A stretch of DNA of 53,655 bases from Eubacteriales bacterium (GCA_045533435.1 JAZSHT010000068.1:1-53655); one strand, 5' to 3'; positions 17,603 through 27,243 are shown, counted from the stretch's first letter. Notes: a model not told the origin generated them from the sequence alone. A program made the numbers and translations.

Positions 17603-18060
17603 TTTTTATCAATCTCCTTATTTGTAATTTTATCAAGCTCTGTGTCAATGGCGTTTAAAACCTCATAAAATGTCTCAAGCTTTTTCACAGGCGTATTTTT
17701 GTTGATTTTGCGTATAAACTCGCTGATAAGATTATTTATAATTTTGCAAATCTCAATTCCACTATCGGTAAGTAAAAATTTGGTTTTGTATTTTCCTTGC
17801 TTAGGACCAATGTCTCTGCTAATATAATTTTTTTCCATAAGCTCGCTTGTTATACGGGAAACAAACGCCTTGTCAACTCCACAAACTCTTGAAAGCTCAG
17901 CAGAGGATAATCCTTCCTCGCTTTTCGCAAGCTGTAAAATGCACATAATATGTGCGCTTCTAATACCGTAAGGCTCCATTTTCGCATCAGCAAGCCTCTT
18001 AATGTTTTTTGAAATTCTTTCGGTGTATAATACGAATGGTACAAATCTTTCGCTTTCCAT
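17599..18060 (-). CDS. MarR family transcriptional regulator
   Basis: wHTH LSSAELSRVCGVDKAFVSR...LTDSG; ATGA overlap with the ligase gene. Confidence 0.88.
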   Translation of the reverse strand: MESERFVPFVLYTERISKNIKRLADAKMEPYGIRSAHIMCILQLAKSEEGLSSAELSRVCGVDKAFVSRITSELMEKNYISRDIGPKQGKYKTKFLLTDSGIEICKIINNLISEFIRKINKNTPVKKLETFYEVLNAIDTELDKITNKEIDKK

Positions 18061-18075
18061 TTAACCCTCCCTTGT

Positions 18076-18122
18076 GTTGACTTGTCAACCAATATTTTAC
18101 CACAAAAGGATGAATTTGTCAA
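18076..18122 (-). promoter_or_regulatory. sigmaA promoter with downstream palindromic operator candidate
   Basis: TTGACA (18122-18117)-17 nt-TAAAAT (18099-18094); palindrome GTTGAC-TT-GTCAAC at 18076-18089. Confidence 0.7.
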
Positions 18123-18325
18123 GTACATATAATATTGGCTATTTTAACAATAATTTCATGGTTAAAAAGAAAAAATACAACATATTCACAAAAAATAATG
18201 AAATTACATTTGTTATCACTTGCTTTAATAAAATCTATTTTGCTTTATAAACGAAATAATATGACATTATATATAGATATTTTAAGGCAACATTTTCTCG
18301 TTTTTTATTTTTTTGGAAAAATAGG

Positions 18326-18354
18326 TTGAATATATCCTAAAATTAGTGTATAAT
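18326..18354 (+). promoter_or_regulatory. sigmaA promoter of phd-doc
   Basis: TTGAAT-17 nt-TATAAT, overlapped by an imperfect palindrome TAGG-N10-CCTA. Confidence 0.7.
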
Positions 18355-18385
18355 AATATCAACGAATTTAAGGAGAGACTTTAAA

Positions 18386-18628
18386 ATGGAAATGAACTTA
18401 AAGAAAATCGTATCAATATCCGAGGCAAATCAAAACTTTTCCAAGGTTGCAAGACAAGCCGAAAAGGAAGGCGAGGTTTATATCTTTAAAAATAATAAGC
18501 CAAGATATAAGCTAATAGACCTTGAAAAGGACACAACAGTAGAAATGTCAGAAGGCGAAAAAATAGAATTTGTAGCAATGCGAGTTTTAAAGAAATATCG
18601 CGTTGCATTTGAGGAGCTTGCAAAATGA
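18386..18628 (+). CDS. phd: Phd/YefM family antitoxin
   Basis: IVSISEANQNFSKV...VYIFKNNKP; ATGA overlap with doc. Confidence 0.9.
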   Translation: MEMNLKKIVSISEANQNFSKVARQAEKEGEVYIFKNNKPRYKLIDLEKDTTVEMSEGEKIEFVAMRVLKKYRVAFEELAK

Positions 18629-18999
18629 TAAAATTAAGTAAAGAAAAGGTAATGCTTTTACACGAAATGTTAGCTAAGCAAACAGGTGGCTCAACCGGAA
18701 TAAGAGATACAGACCTACTTGAAAGCGCACTTGAGTCCGCATATCAAACATTCGGTGGACAAGAGCTATATCCAACAGTAGAGGAAAAGGGCGCATGGCT
18801 TGGCTATGCCTTAATATCTAACCACGCATTTGTTGATGGCAACAAAAGAATAGGAATGCTCTGTATGATGGTTTTCTTAGAATTAAACGGAGTTAGAATA
18901 AATCCAACTAACGAAAGCTTTTTTGAAACAGGCATAGGCGTAGCCTCAGGCAAGATGAAGTATGAGGACCTACTTCAGTGGATAAGAGAAAATAAATAA
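18625..18999 (+). CDS. doc: Doc (Fic family) toxin
   Basis: NHAFVDGNKRIG Fic/Doc motif. Confidence 0.92.
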   Translation: MIKLSKEKVMLLHEMLAKQTGGSTGIRDTDLLESALESAYQTFGGQELYPTVEEKGAWLGYALISNHAFVDGNKRIGMLCMMVFLELNGVRINPTNESFFETGIGVASGKMKYEDLLQWIRENK

Positions 19000-19033
19000 T
19001 ATTGAAAAAATAATTATATTGTGATATACTTAT

Positions 19034-19717
19034 ATGGATAAAATTTTAGAAGAAATAATTTTAAATACCGACACAGAATATAAGGACTTTCAAGCCAAGC
19101 TAATTCCAGGTATAAATAATATCTTAGGACTTCGCGGACCAATTGCAAAATCTATTGCTAAAAAGCATGCAAATACCGACACGGGAGAAGCTTTTTTAAA
19201 TAGCTTACCTCACACATACTATGATGAAAACCTAGTCCACGGCTATATGCTAGGCTTCTTAAAGTGTGATAATCAAGAGCTTCAAAATTATATTAAACGC
19301 TTTTTACCTTATGTGGATAATTGGGCAGTATGCGACAGTATGGTTTGCGGTCTTAAGAGATATTTTAAGGATAAAGAACTAGTATCAAGCTATATTTTTA
19401 ATTGCCTTAACAGTAATAATGTATATACTGTACGCTTTGGCATAGTGTCGCTTCTTTCTTATTATGTAAACGATACCTACATTGACAGGATTATAGAGGA
19501 AACACTAAAAATCAAAAGCGATGAATATTACATAAAAATGGCGATTGCTTGGCTATATAGCGTATGCTTAGTAAAGCAGTACAACAAAACATTAAAGGTA
19601 ATAGAAAATAAGCTTCTTGACAAATGGACACATAATAAAGCCATTCAAAAGTCAATTGAAAGCTTTAGAATTACAAAGGAGCAAAAGGAATATTTGCGTA
19701 CATTAAAAATCAAATGA
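19034..19717 (+). CDS. DNA alkylation repair protein (AlkD-like)
   Basis: DNWAVCD, YYIKMAIAW and HNKAIQKSIESFR motifs. Confidence 0.88.
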   Translation: MDKILEEIILNTDTEYKDFQAKLIPGINNILGLRGPIAKSIAKKHANTDTGEAFLNSLPHTYYDENLVHGYMLGFLKCDNQELQNYIKRFLPYVDNWAVCDSMVCGLKRYFKDKELVSSYIFNCLNSNNVYTVRFGIVSLLSYYVNDTYIDRIIEETLKIKSDEYYIKMAIAWLYSVCLVKQYNKTLKVIENKLLDKWTHNKAIQKSIESFRITKEQKEYLRTLKIK

Positions 19718-19724
19718 GGTAAAC

Positions 19725-20162
19725 ATGAAAGTTAAAATTAAAAAGCTAAATGAAAATGCAAAAATGCCAACATATGGCTCTCCATATTCCGCGGGCGCAG
19801 ATTTATATGCGTGCATTGATAATGAAATCACAATAGCACCGGGCGAAACCATGCTTATTAAGACAGGACTTGCAATGGAGCTTAGCTGCGGCTATGTGGC
19901 TTTAATTTATGCAAGAAGCGGTCTTGCTACAAAAAGAGGACTAGCTCCTGCCAATAAGGTTGGCGTTGTTGACTCTGATTACCGTGGCGAAATCATGGTA
20001 GCACTCCACAACCATTCAACCGTACCGCAAACAGTAAGCAAGGATGAAAGAATTGCCCAAATGGTAATCACTCCATACATCACAGCAGAATTTACCGAGG
20101 CTGACACGCTAAACGAAACAATTCGCGGAGAGGGTGGCTTTGGCTCAACAGGTAGTAAATAG
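19725..20162 (+). CDS. dut: dUTP diphosphatase
   Basis: SAGADL, ARSGLA, GVVDSDYRGE and RGEGGFGSTG motifs. Confidence 0.97.
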   Translation: MKVKIKKLNENAKMPTYGSPYSAGADLYACIDNEITIAPGETMLIKTGLAMELSCGYVALIYARSGLATKRGLAPANKVGVVDSDYRGEIMVALHNHSTVPQTVSKDERIAQMVITPYITAEFTEADTLNETIRGEGGFGSTGSK

Positions 20163-20201
20163 GATATAGGATATAGGATATAGGATATAGGGAGTAGGAT
20201 G
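20160..20201 (+). repeat. heptamer tandem repeat (TAGGATA)x4 plus two degenerate units
   Basis: TAGGATA x4 (20160-20187), TAGGGAG, TAGGATG; fills the whole intergenic space. Confidence 0.9.
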
Positions 20202-20822
20202 CAGAAGGTGAAAAAGAGCATTATAGCATTCATCCGTCATGGCGAAACAGATTGGAACACAAAGGGACTTATGCAAGGAAGGGATGATGTGCCACTTAAT
20301 GAAAATGGCAAAAATCAAGCAAAAAATGCAGCCATGTGTCTAAAAAACGCACTTGACAGATGTAATTTCAAATTTGATAAAATAATAACAAGCCCCCTTT
20401 CTCGCGCAAGCTATACGGCAGGGCAAATCGCAAGCGCAATAGAGCATGATGGTCTTATTTACGATGATAGACTTCTTGAAAGAGATTTTGGAATTCTCTC
20501 AGGCGGTCATTATGACAGATACAGTAAAGCTGTATTAGAGGACACCGATGAAAAATCGGTAGAAACCGTGCAAAGTCTCCTTGATAGGGTAAACTCTCTA
20601 ATTAAGGATAGCGTTCAACCAGGAGAAAATGTAATTCTTGTAACACACGGAGCTGTTTCAAGAATTTACGCAAGAAATGCCAAAAGAGCGGATAGAGTGT
20701 CTAAAATTGATATAGGAATGCTTGGTAATTGCAATATGGTCATATACTCCTATGATGGAGAAAGCATCCTTTTGCAGGATTATAATATTTCAACCAATGA
20801 ATTTAACGGAGATATTTTATGA
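20199..20822 (+). CDS. histidine phosphatase (phosphoglycerate mutase-like) family protein
   Basis: RHGETDWN, SPLSRA and VTHG motifs. Confidence 0.9.
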   Translation: MQKVKKSIIAFIRHGETDWNTKGLMQGRDDVPLNENGKNQAKNAAMCLKNALDRCNFKFDKIITSPLSRASYTAGQIASAIEHDGLIYDDRLLERDFGILSGGHYDRYSKAVLEDTDEKSVETVQSLLDRVNSLIKDSVQPGENVILVTHGAVSRIYARNAKRADRVSKIDIGMLGNCNMVIYSYDGESILLQDYNISTNEFNGDIL

Positions 20823-21523
20823 AAAAGATAATTTTAATCTTATCCCTTGTTGCATGTCTCATTTCCATTACGCTTTTGATGGGATGCGACCTTTACAATG
20901 AGGACTATGTATATGATGGCTCATCACTAATAGGTAAATGGATGGATGATGATTTAGACCCAAATTCCTACGATGTTTACGAGTTTGTTGATAATGAAAC
21001 TGTAATTTTAACAACCAACTGTCGCGGCATTGAGCTTGATAAATTAGAGGGCAAATACACCGTAACAGACAATAATCAAATCGTAATTCAATCAAAATTC
21101 GGCAAGGAATACATTCGTTTTTCAATCACCAAGAAGGGCAAATTAGTTCTTATAGTCCTTAACGATATGAACCTACCAGCCGAGGGCGAAAGAGTAATGA
21201 AAAAGTATGACCTTGACTATAACAAGGGCGAAAACAATCTTATCGGCACATGGAAAAGCCTTGACAACCCAAATGAAAAATTCATTTTTAATAGCGATTT
21301 TACAGGCAAAAGCGTAGGACTTTCCCAAAAAGGAGAGATAGTTGAATATAAATACTACTATTCCTACAAAAATAACGAGGTAAATATTATTATTGAATAC
21401 ATGATTGGATACGAGGAAATGGTGAAAACCTCTAAATTTAAAATTGAAAACAACATCCTCACAATGTACGGCGAGGACAAGGATGGCAAAAAAATCGAAA
21501 TAAAATTTGAAAGGGAAGTGTAA
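20819..21523 (+). CDS. hypothetical lipoprotein with two repeated beta-rich domains
   Basis: LMGC lipobox; SLIGKW and NLIGTW start two similar domains. Confidence 0.75.
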   Translation: MKKIILILSLVACLISITLLMGCDLYNEDYVYDGSSLIGKWMDDDLDPNSYDVYEFVDNETVILTTNCRGIELDKLEGKYTVTDNNQIVIQSKFGKEYIRFSITKKGKLVLIVLNDMNLPAEGERVMKKYDLDYNKGENNLIGTWKSLDNPNEKFIFNSDFTGKSVGLSQKGEIVEYKYYYSYKNNEVNIIIEYMIGYEEMVKTSKFKIENNILTMYGEDKDGKKIEIKFEREV

Positions 21524-22071
21524 TGGAGCTTTTTGAAAAGAAATTATCATCAAAGCAAATCTTTGACGGAGTTGTAGTTAAGCTTTTCGTTGATGATATT
21601 GAATTGCCAAATGGCAAAAAATCAATCCGTGAGATTGTAAGACACCCGGGAGCTGTGTGCGTAATTCCCGTTGATAATGATGAAAATGTAATAATGGTTA
21701 AGCAATTTAGATATCCATTTTCTGAGGTTTTACTTGAGGTTCCCGCAGGAAAGCTTGAAAAGGGCGAGGACCCCCTTGAAGCTGTCAAAAGAGAGCTTGA
21801 GGAGGAAAGCGGAGTAGTTGCAGGTAATGTTGAATATATAGGAACTATGTACACAACAGTTGCAATTTTAGATGAAAAAATTCATATGTATTTAGCAACG
21901 GATTTGACTTATCAAAATGCCCATCCCGATGCTGATGAGTTTTTAGAGGTTGAAAAAATTCCTCTTAAAACACTTGTTGACATGGTAATGGATGGCAAAA
22001 TTCCCGATTCAAAGACACAGATAGCTATTTTAAAGGCTGAAAAAATACTTGCATCGCGCAAAAATAAATAA
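21523..22071 (+). CDS. nudF: ADP-ribose pyrophosphatase (NUDIX)
   Basis: REIVRHPGAV, QFRYP and EVPAGKLEKGE...AVKRELEEESG motifs. Confidence 0.88.
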   Translation: MELFEKKLSSKQIFDGVVVKLFVDDIELPNGKKSIREIVRHPGAVCVIPVDNDENVIMVKQFRYPFSEVLLEVPAGKLEKGEDPLEAVKRELEEESGVVAGNVEYIGTMYTTVAILDEKIHMYLATDLTYQNAHPDADEFLEVEKIPLKTLVDMVMDGKIPDSKTQIAILKAEKILASRKNK

Positions 22072-22088
22072 TCAAAGCAGGTAAAGAA

Positions 22089-23102
22089 ATGAACTTTTTT
22101 AAATTAAGAAGAACAAAGATGCTTGATGATGCTGTTTTAGATCACAAGCCTCAAAGCATACTCACATTGCTTCTTATCTTTTATGTTGTATTTTTTGTAG
22201 GCGAGGTAATATCTAAAATTATCCTAACAATACCAAGCACAATTTGGATGCTTACCTATGATGGCTTCATTGATACAATAAGAGAATATACAGATTCAGT
22301 AGTGGCAGGCAATAAGGACGATAGTGCCGTAATTGAATTTATAAATGAAATGGTTTTAAATATGCCATCATGGCTAACTCTCTCTACGCTTATTTCATTT
22401 GTAGGACTTGGCGCTGCCGCAATTTTCTACTGTAAAAAATTTGAAAAAAGACCGCTATCCTCTATGGGAATTCGCAAAAAAGGAGCAATTACCGAATCAC
22501 TTTTAGGCTTGCTAATAGGCGGAGCGCTAATTTCACTAACCGTATTATTTGCATTTTTAACAGGCTCCATATCAATAAAACCAAACGGAAGCTTTGATTT
22601 TATGATAATTTTATTTTTCATAGGCTTTTTAATACATGCTTTTTGTGAAACAACACTTTTCTTTGGCTACTTTACAACGAGCATTGCAAGAGATTATAAG
22701 CTATCATTTGCAATAACAGTAGGTGCTGTGATGTTTTCACTTTTACACGGAAGCGCAGAGAAAGTAAGCTTTTTGTTGCTAATTAACACAATTCTCTTTG
22801 GCGCGCTTTTAGGCATATATGTATTCAAAAGAGGAGACATTTGGGGCGCGTTTAGTATTCTTGGTATGTGGAACTTTGCAGGCGGATGTATTTTCGGTGG
22901 TCAAGTAAATGGTGTTGATAAGATACCATCATTATTTATAATGGAAATTGATACTACAAAAGCTCTTGCCAACGGCGAAAGCGTAGGAATTGAGGGCGGA
23001 CTCTCTACAACGGTAGCTCTGCTTATTGCTTTTGCTTTGATATTCTTGCTTAAAACTAAAAAAGGCGAGGAATCGCTGTCAGATGCAACTGACTTTGAAT
23101 AA
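22089..23102 (+). CDS. CPBP (CAAX/Abi) family membrane protein with degenerate active site
   Basis: Multi-TM; FSLLH retained; FCETTLFFG in place of EExxFRG; LGMWN in place of HxxWN. Confidence 0.75.
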   Translation: MNFFKLRRTKMLDDAVLDHKPQSILTLLLIFYVVFFVGEVISKIILTIPSTIWMLTYDGFIDTIREYTDSVVAGNKDDSAVIEFINEMVLNMPSWLTLSTLISFVGLGAAAIFYCKKFEKRPLSSMGIRKKGAITESLLGLLIGGALISLTVLFAFLTGSISIKPNGSFDFMIILFFIGFLIHAFCETTLFFGYFTTSIARDYKLSFAITVGAVMFSLLHGSAEKVSFLLLINTILFGALLGIYVFKRGDIWGAFSILGMWNFAGGCIFGGQVNGVDKIPSLFIMEIDTTKALANGESVGIEGGLSTTVALLIAFALIFLLKTKKGEESLSDATDFE

Positions 23103-23219
23103 AATATAGAAAAATGTCAATATTTGTTTGTTTTTTTGGAAAATTATGCAAACAGTTATTGACATTTTTTATTTAAGTTGTATAATGAAGATGTAAAAAT
23201 AAAGAAGGGAGAGAGCGTT

Positions 23220-24068
23220 GTGAAGAGAATATTAGCCACACTTGTATGCATTTTAACCGTTGTAATGTTGCTTGCATCATGCAAAAATACCACAAACGAT
23301 TTAAAATGCATAGATATTCACTTAACTAGTGAAGAATATGCCTTTGCCGTTAATAAAAACGATGATGAGCTTTTAAATGAAGCAAATGAGCTGCTGAATA
23401 CAATAAAAGCCGACGGCACTCTTGATACCATAATAAATAAATACTTTTCAAACGATATCTCTAAAATAAAAACCTTTGATGGCGGCGAGGAGCTACCCTG
23501 TAAGGAGCAGCTTGTAGTTGCCACCCATTTGCCATTTTCTCCCTTTGAATATATGATAGGCGATAGATACTGCGGTATTGATATAGAAATTGCAGGGCTT
23601 TTAGCTAAAAAGCTAGATAGAGAGCTTGTTATAAAGGAATATGGCTTTGATGAAATAATTTCAGCGGTTGAAAATAAAGAGGCAGACATTGTAATGGCTG
23701 CGCTTACTGTATCAAATGACCGTATGGAAAAAATTGCTTTTACAAATTCATATTTTGAAGCATCTCAGATTATTGTGTCTAAGAAAACAGATACAACATT
23801 TGATAATTGTAAAACAACTGATGATGTTGTTAATATTCTTAAAAAAATGAATAAAAGCACTAAAATCGGCTATCAAAAGGATACAGTCTCAGGATATTAT
23901 GTGTGTGGCAATCAAAAAATGGGATTTATAGGCTTTAATACTAGCAATATTGGATATAATTCCGCATATGATGCAGCAAAGGATTTAAAAAACGGCAAAT
24001 TAGATTACATAATTGTTGATAGCGGACCTGCTAAAATGATAGTAAATCAATTAAATCAAGAAAAATAA
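23220..24068 (+). CDS. polar amino-acid ABC transporter substrate-binding lipoprotein (family 3), circularly permuted
   Basis: GTG start after GGAG; LASC lipobox; FSPFEY...GIDIEIA; the EEYAFAVNK...DGT..KYF block lies at the N-terminus. Confidence 0.85.
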   Translation: MKRILATLVCILTVVMLLASCKNTTNDLKCIDIHLTSEEYAFAVNKNDDELLNEANELLNTIKADGTLDTIINKYFSNDISKIKTFDGGEELPCKEQLVVATHLPFSPFEYMIGDRYCGIDIEIAGLLAKKLDRELVIKEYGFDEIISAVENKEADIVMAALTVSNDRMEKIAFTNSYFEASQIIVSKKTDTTFDNCKTTDDVVNILKKMNKSTKIGYQKDTVSGYYVCGNQKMGFIGFNTSNIGYNSAYDAAKDLKNGKLDYIIVDSGPAKMIVNQLNQEK

Positions 24069-24071
24069 TGG

Positions 24072-24103
24072 AAATAGCTCTGTTAAACAGGGCTATTTTT
24101 TTT
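24072..24103 (+). terminator. rho-independent terminator
   Basis: AAATAGCTCTGT-TAA-ACAGGGCTATTT followed by a T-tract. Confidence 0.75.
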
Positions 24104-24242
24104 GAAAAGTGAATATATTCACAATATTTGCATAATATTCAAAAATATTGAAAAAATATTCATAAAACTATTGACAAACCAAATTTTAGAGAGTATAATA
24201 TAGCAGTAAATAAAAAATATTTTAATTTTAGGAGAATACAAA

Positions 24243-25121
24243 ATGAAAAAAATTCTTTCACTTGCACTTACACTTGTAGTGCTTATAGGCTGCTTCGCTC
24301 TTATGTCCTGCGGCGGCAAGGATGACGAGTACGTAGCCTTGGATGCAACCGACCTTTTAGTTGAGGACTTCGGTATTGCAGTAACAAAGGGTAACACAGC
24401 TTTACTTAACGAGGTTAACAAGGTTGTTGATAAGTGGGTAAAGGACGGCACCATGACAAAGTATGTTGATTACTACACAGAGTACGCTAAGTTTACTGAG
24501 GGCGATGGCGTAGAGCCTAACGCTGACGGTCTTAAGACATCTTGGGACTTCGGCTCAGCAACAGAGGTAATCACAGTTTACACAGAATCAGGCTTTGCTC
24601 CATTTGAGTTTATGGCAGGCGGCAAGGTAATCGGCGTTGATATCGCTATTATGAGCGAGGTTGCTGTGAATATGGGTAAAAAGATTGAGGTTAAGGATAT
24701 TCTTTTTGACACTATCCCATTAAGCGTTCAATCTGCAACAGGCGATGCAGTAGGCGCGGCAGGTATGACAATCAATGCTGACAGACTTGAAATGGTTGAT
24801 TTTTCTAACGTTTATTATAGCTCAACTCTTGTTGTTGTTTCAAACAAGGATAAGTCCTATGCAAGCGTTAAGGATTTAGCAGGTCTTAAGGTAGGTGTTC
24901 AGGAAGGAACAAGCGGCGACCTTGTTATCTCAGCTGCTACAACTGCTGACGGATACACCTACGGTGAAGGTGAAGAAGCAGTTACTATTAAGGCAGAGGG
25001 CGTTACAGTTAGCCGTTATAAGCAGTACGCTCTTGCTCTTGCTGACTTGAAGGCTGGCAGAATTGATGCTATCCTTATGGATAAGCTCCCTGCGCAGACA
25101 ATGCTTGCAGTAGCAGACTAA
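24243..25121 (+). CDS. polar amino-acid ABC transporter substrate-binding lipoprotein (family 3), circularly permuted
   Basis: LMSC lipobox; FAPFEF, GVDIAI and VGVQEGTSG; EDFGIAVTKGN...DGT at the N-terminus; own TTGACA-17-TATAAT promoter. Confidence 0.9.
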   Translation: MKKILSLALTLVVLIGCFALMSCGGKDDEYVALDATDLLVEDFGIAVTKGNTALLNEVNKVVDKWVKDGTMTKYVDYYTEYAKFTEGDGVEPNADGLKTSWDFGSATEVITVYTESGFAPFEFMAGGKVIGVDIAIMSEVAVNMGKKIEVKDILFDTIPLSVQSATGDAVGAAGMTINADRLEMVDFSNVYYSSTLVVVSNKDKSYASVKDLAGLKVGVQEGTSGDLVISAATTADGYTYGEGEEAVTIKAEGVTVSRYKQYALALADLKAGRIDAILMDKLPAQTMLAVAD

Positions 25122-25134
25122 TTATATCAAAAAC

Positions 25135-25158
25135 GAGTGAGAGGCGAGCCTCTCACTC
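25135..25158 (+). other. strong intergenic stem-loop between the SBP and permease genes (mRNA stabiliser or partial terminator)
   Basis: GAGTGAGAGGC-GA-GCCTCTCACTC perfect 11-bp inverted repeat with a weak U-tract. Confidence 0.6.
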
Positions 25159-25195
25159 ATTTCAAGTTTTTGGAACGAAAAAGAACGAAAATAGG

Positions 25196-25921
25196 GTGAA
25201 TATGGATATTTTATTAGCAGCATCAATCATCAACCGTTTGAAAAAAGCGGTAATTGTGGATGATAGATGGAAATTATATTTAGAGGGACTTGGCAATACT
25301 GTTATCATAGCCTTAATTGCCGCGCTTATAGGAATAGTGATAGGCGTGCTATTTGCTATGGTAAACTATATTAACAAAAAGACAGGAAAGCTAAAGGTCT
25401 TAAGAATAATTGCAAATACTTACATAACTATAATCAGAGGTACTCCTGTGGTGCTTCAGCTTATGATTTTGTACTTTATAGTATTTGTATCATGGGATAA
25501 CGGACTTATGATAGGTGCAATAACCTTCGGTATCAATTCAGGTGCATACGTGGCTGAAATTGCAAGAGCTGGCTTTGAAAGCGTTGATGACGGACAGATG
25601 GAAGCGGGCAGAAGCTTAGGACTTTCCACATGGCAAACAATGTACCATATTATTATACCTCAGGCTGTGAAAAATTGCTTACCGCCATTATTCAACGAAT
25701 TTATCACGCTTGTTAAGGAAACAGCTATCGTTGGCTATGTTGGAATTATGGACCTTGGCAAAATTCCCGGACTTATCCAATCAAGAACATTTGATTATTT
25801 GTTCCCACTTTTAATTGCGGCGGTACTGTATCTTATTGTCGTATTAGGTCTTACAAAGCTGCATCACATTCTTGAAAAGAAGCTTTCAAAAAGTGACAGA
25901 GGAAGAGGAGGTAGAGCGTAA
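25196..25921 (+). CDS. polar amino-acid ABC transporter permease
   Basis: [16 protein letters not shown] and [10 protein letters not shown] motifs. Confidence 0.95.
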   Translation: MNMDILLAASIINRLKKAVIVDDRWKLYLEGLGNTVIIALIAALIGIVIGVLFAMVNYINKKTGKLKVLRIIANTYITIIRGTPVVLQLMILYFIVFVSWDNGLMIGAITFGINSGAYVAEIARAGFESVDDGQMEAGRSLGLSTWQTMYHIIIPQAVKNCLPPLFNEFITLVKETAIVGYVGIMDLGKIPGLIQSRTFDYLFPLLIAAVLYLIVVLGLTKLHHILEKKLSKSDRGRGGRA

Positions 25922-26685
25922 TGAAGCCACTAATTGAGGTTAAGGGTCTTCAAAAATCATTCGGTGATTTGAACGTTATAAGCGACATATCAACCTCTAT
26001 CTATCCCGGCGAAAAGGTAGCGATTATCGGAGCATCGGGAAGCGGAAAGAGTACGTTTTTAAGATGCCTTAACTGTCTTGAGGACCCAACAGGAGGACAG
26101 ATTATTTTTGAGGATGTTGATATTGCCGATCCTAAGGTTGATATCAATATTCACCGTCAGAATATGGGAATGGTATTCCAACAGTTCAATTTGTTCAACA
26201 ATAAAACAGTTCTTGAAAATATAATGCTTGCCCCCGTAACAGTTTACACGAAAAAGGCGGTTAAGGAAGGCAAAACAAAAGCGCAATTCAAGGAGGAGTG
26301 TCGCCAAAACGCACTTTCATTGCTTCGAAGAATAGGACTTGAGGATAAAGCAAACGTTTATCCGTCAACTCTTTCAGGCGGTCAAAAGCAAAGAATTGCT
26401 ATTGTAAGAGCTCTTGCTATGAACCCGAAGGTCATGCTCTTTGACGAGCCGACCTCAGCATTAGACCCAGAAATGGTAGGAGAAGTTCTTAACCTTATTA
26501 AAAAGGTTGCAGATGAAGGAATGACAATGGTAATCGTTACTCACGAAATGGGATTTGCTAGAGAGGTTGCTACAAGAGTATTATTTATGGACGAGGGTAA
26601 AATTGCCGAGGAAGGTACACCAACGGAAATTTTTGACAATCCAAAGAATCCAAGAACAATTCAATTTTTAAAGGCAGTTCTATAA
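25921..26685 (+). CDS. polar amino-acid ABC transporter ATP-binding protein (GlnQ-like)
   Basis: [30 protein letters not shown] and VTHEMGFA motifs. Confidence 0.95.
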   Translation: MKPLIEVKGLQKSFGDLNVISDISTSIYPGEKVAIIGASGSGKSTFLRCLNCLEDPTGGQIIFEDVDIADPKVDINIHRQNMGMVFQQFNLFNNKTVLENIMLAPVTVYTKKAVKEGKTKAQFKEECRQNALSLLRRIGLEDKANVYPSTLSGGQKQRIAIVRALAMNPKVMLFDEPTSALDPEMVGEVLNLIKKVADEGMTMVIVTHEMGFAREVATRVLFMDEGKIAEEGTPTEIFDNPKNPRTIQFLKAVL

Positions 26686-26749
26686 TTTATTGACAAAGAA
26701 TAATTATTGTGCTAAAATGATTAAATAAATTACAAAGGAGGGACCTAGC

Positions 26750-27205
26750 ATGAGATATGAAAAATCCTGCGGAACTGTTGTTTTTCGCAAAACAAGAGGA
26801 AAATATGCAGTTTTGCTAATTAAAAATAAATATACTGACTGTTGGTCCTTTCCTAAGGGACATGTTGAAGAGGGTGAAAACGAGTACCAAACAGCCATTC
26901 GTGAAACCTTTGAGGAAACAGGCATTGAGGTTAAGATAGAAAACGGATTCCGTATGGAATCAAAGTATATGATAGGCAAAAAAAAGAATGTGGAAAAAAC
27001 GGTAGTCTATTTTACCGCGTTAACTACGCGAGCTTATGTTGTGCCTCAGCCTGAGGAAATCGCAGCGTTCAAATGGTTCTTTGAGGATGAATTTCCCTAT
27101 GACCATTCCTTTGAAAATGATAAGGTTATCTTTGCCGAAGCGTTAAGCTTCATTAAAAACCGCTTTGGCGACGCTAACAAAAAGGATTTAAAATTCGTTA
27201 AGTAA
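26750..27205 (+). CDS. NUDIX hydrolase (Ap4A hydrolase-like)
   Basis: EKSCG and WSFPKGHVEEGE...AIRETFEETG motifs. Confidence 0.88.
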   Translation: MRYEKSCGTVVFRKTRGKYAVLLIKNKYTDCWSFPKGHVEEGENEYQTAIRETFEETGIEVKIENGFRMESKYMIGKKKNVEKTVVYFTALTTRAYVVPQPEEIAAFKWFFEDEFPYDHSFENDKVIFAEALSFIKNRFGDANKKDLKFVK

Positions 27206-27212
27206 AAATTAT

Positions 27213-27243
27213 AGCCCTGATTTTTCTAAAATCAGGGCTTTTT
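27213..27243 (+). terminator. rho-independent terminator
   Basis: AGCCCTGATTTT-TCT-AAAATCAGGGCT followed by a T-tract. Confidence 0.8.

Noticed and set aside
18135-18329. 64-aa ORF in the AT-rich gap between marR and phd
   Set aside because: TTG start without an RBS, low-complexity translation, and it lies in a divergent promoter region.
24104-24242. T-box or riboswitch ahead of the amino-acid ABC operon
   Set aside because: The promoter is only about 45 nt from the start codon and no T-box motif (GGTGGNACCGCG) is present.
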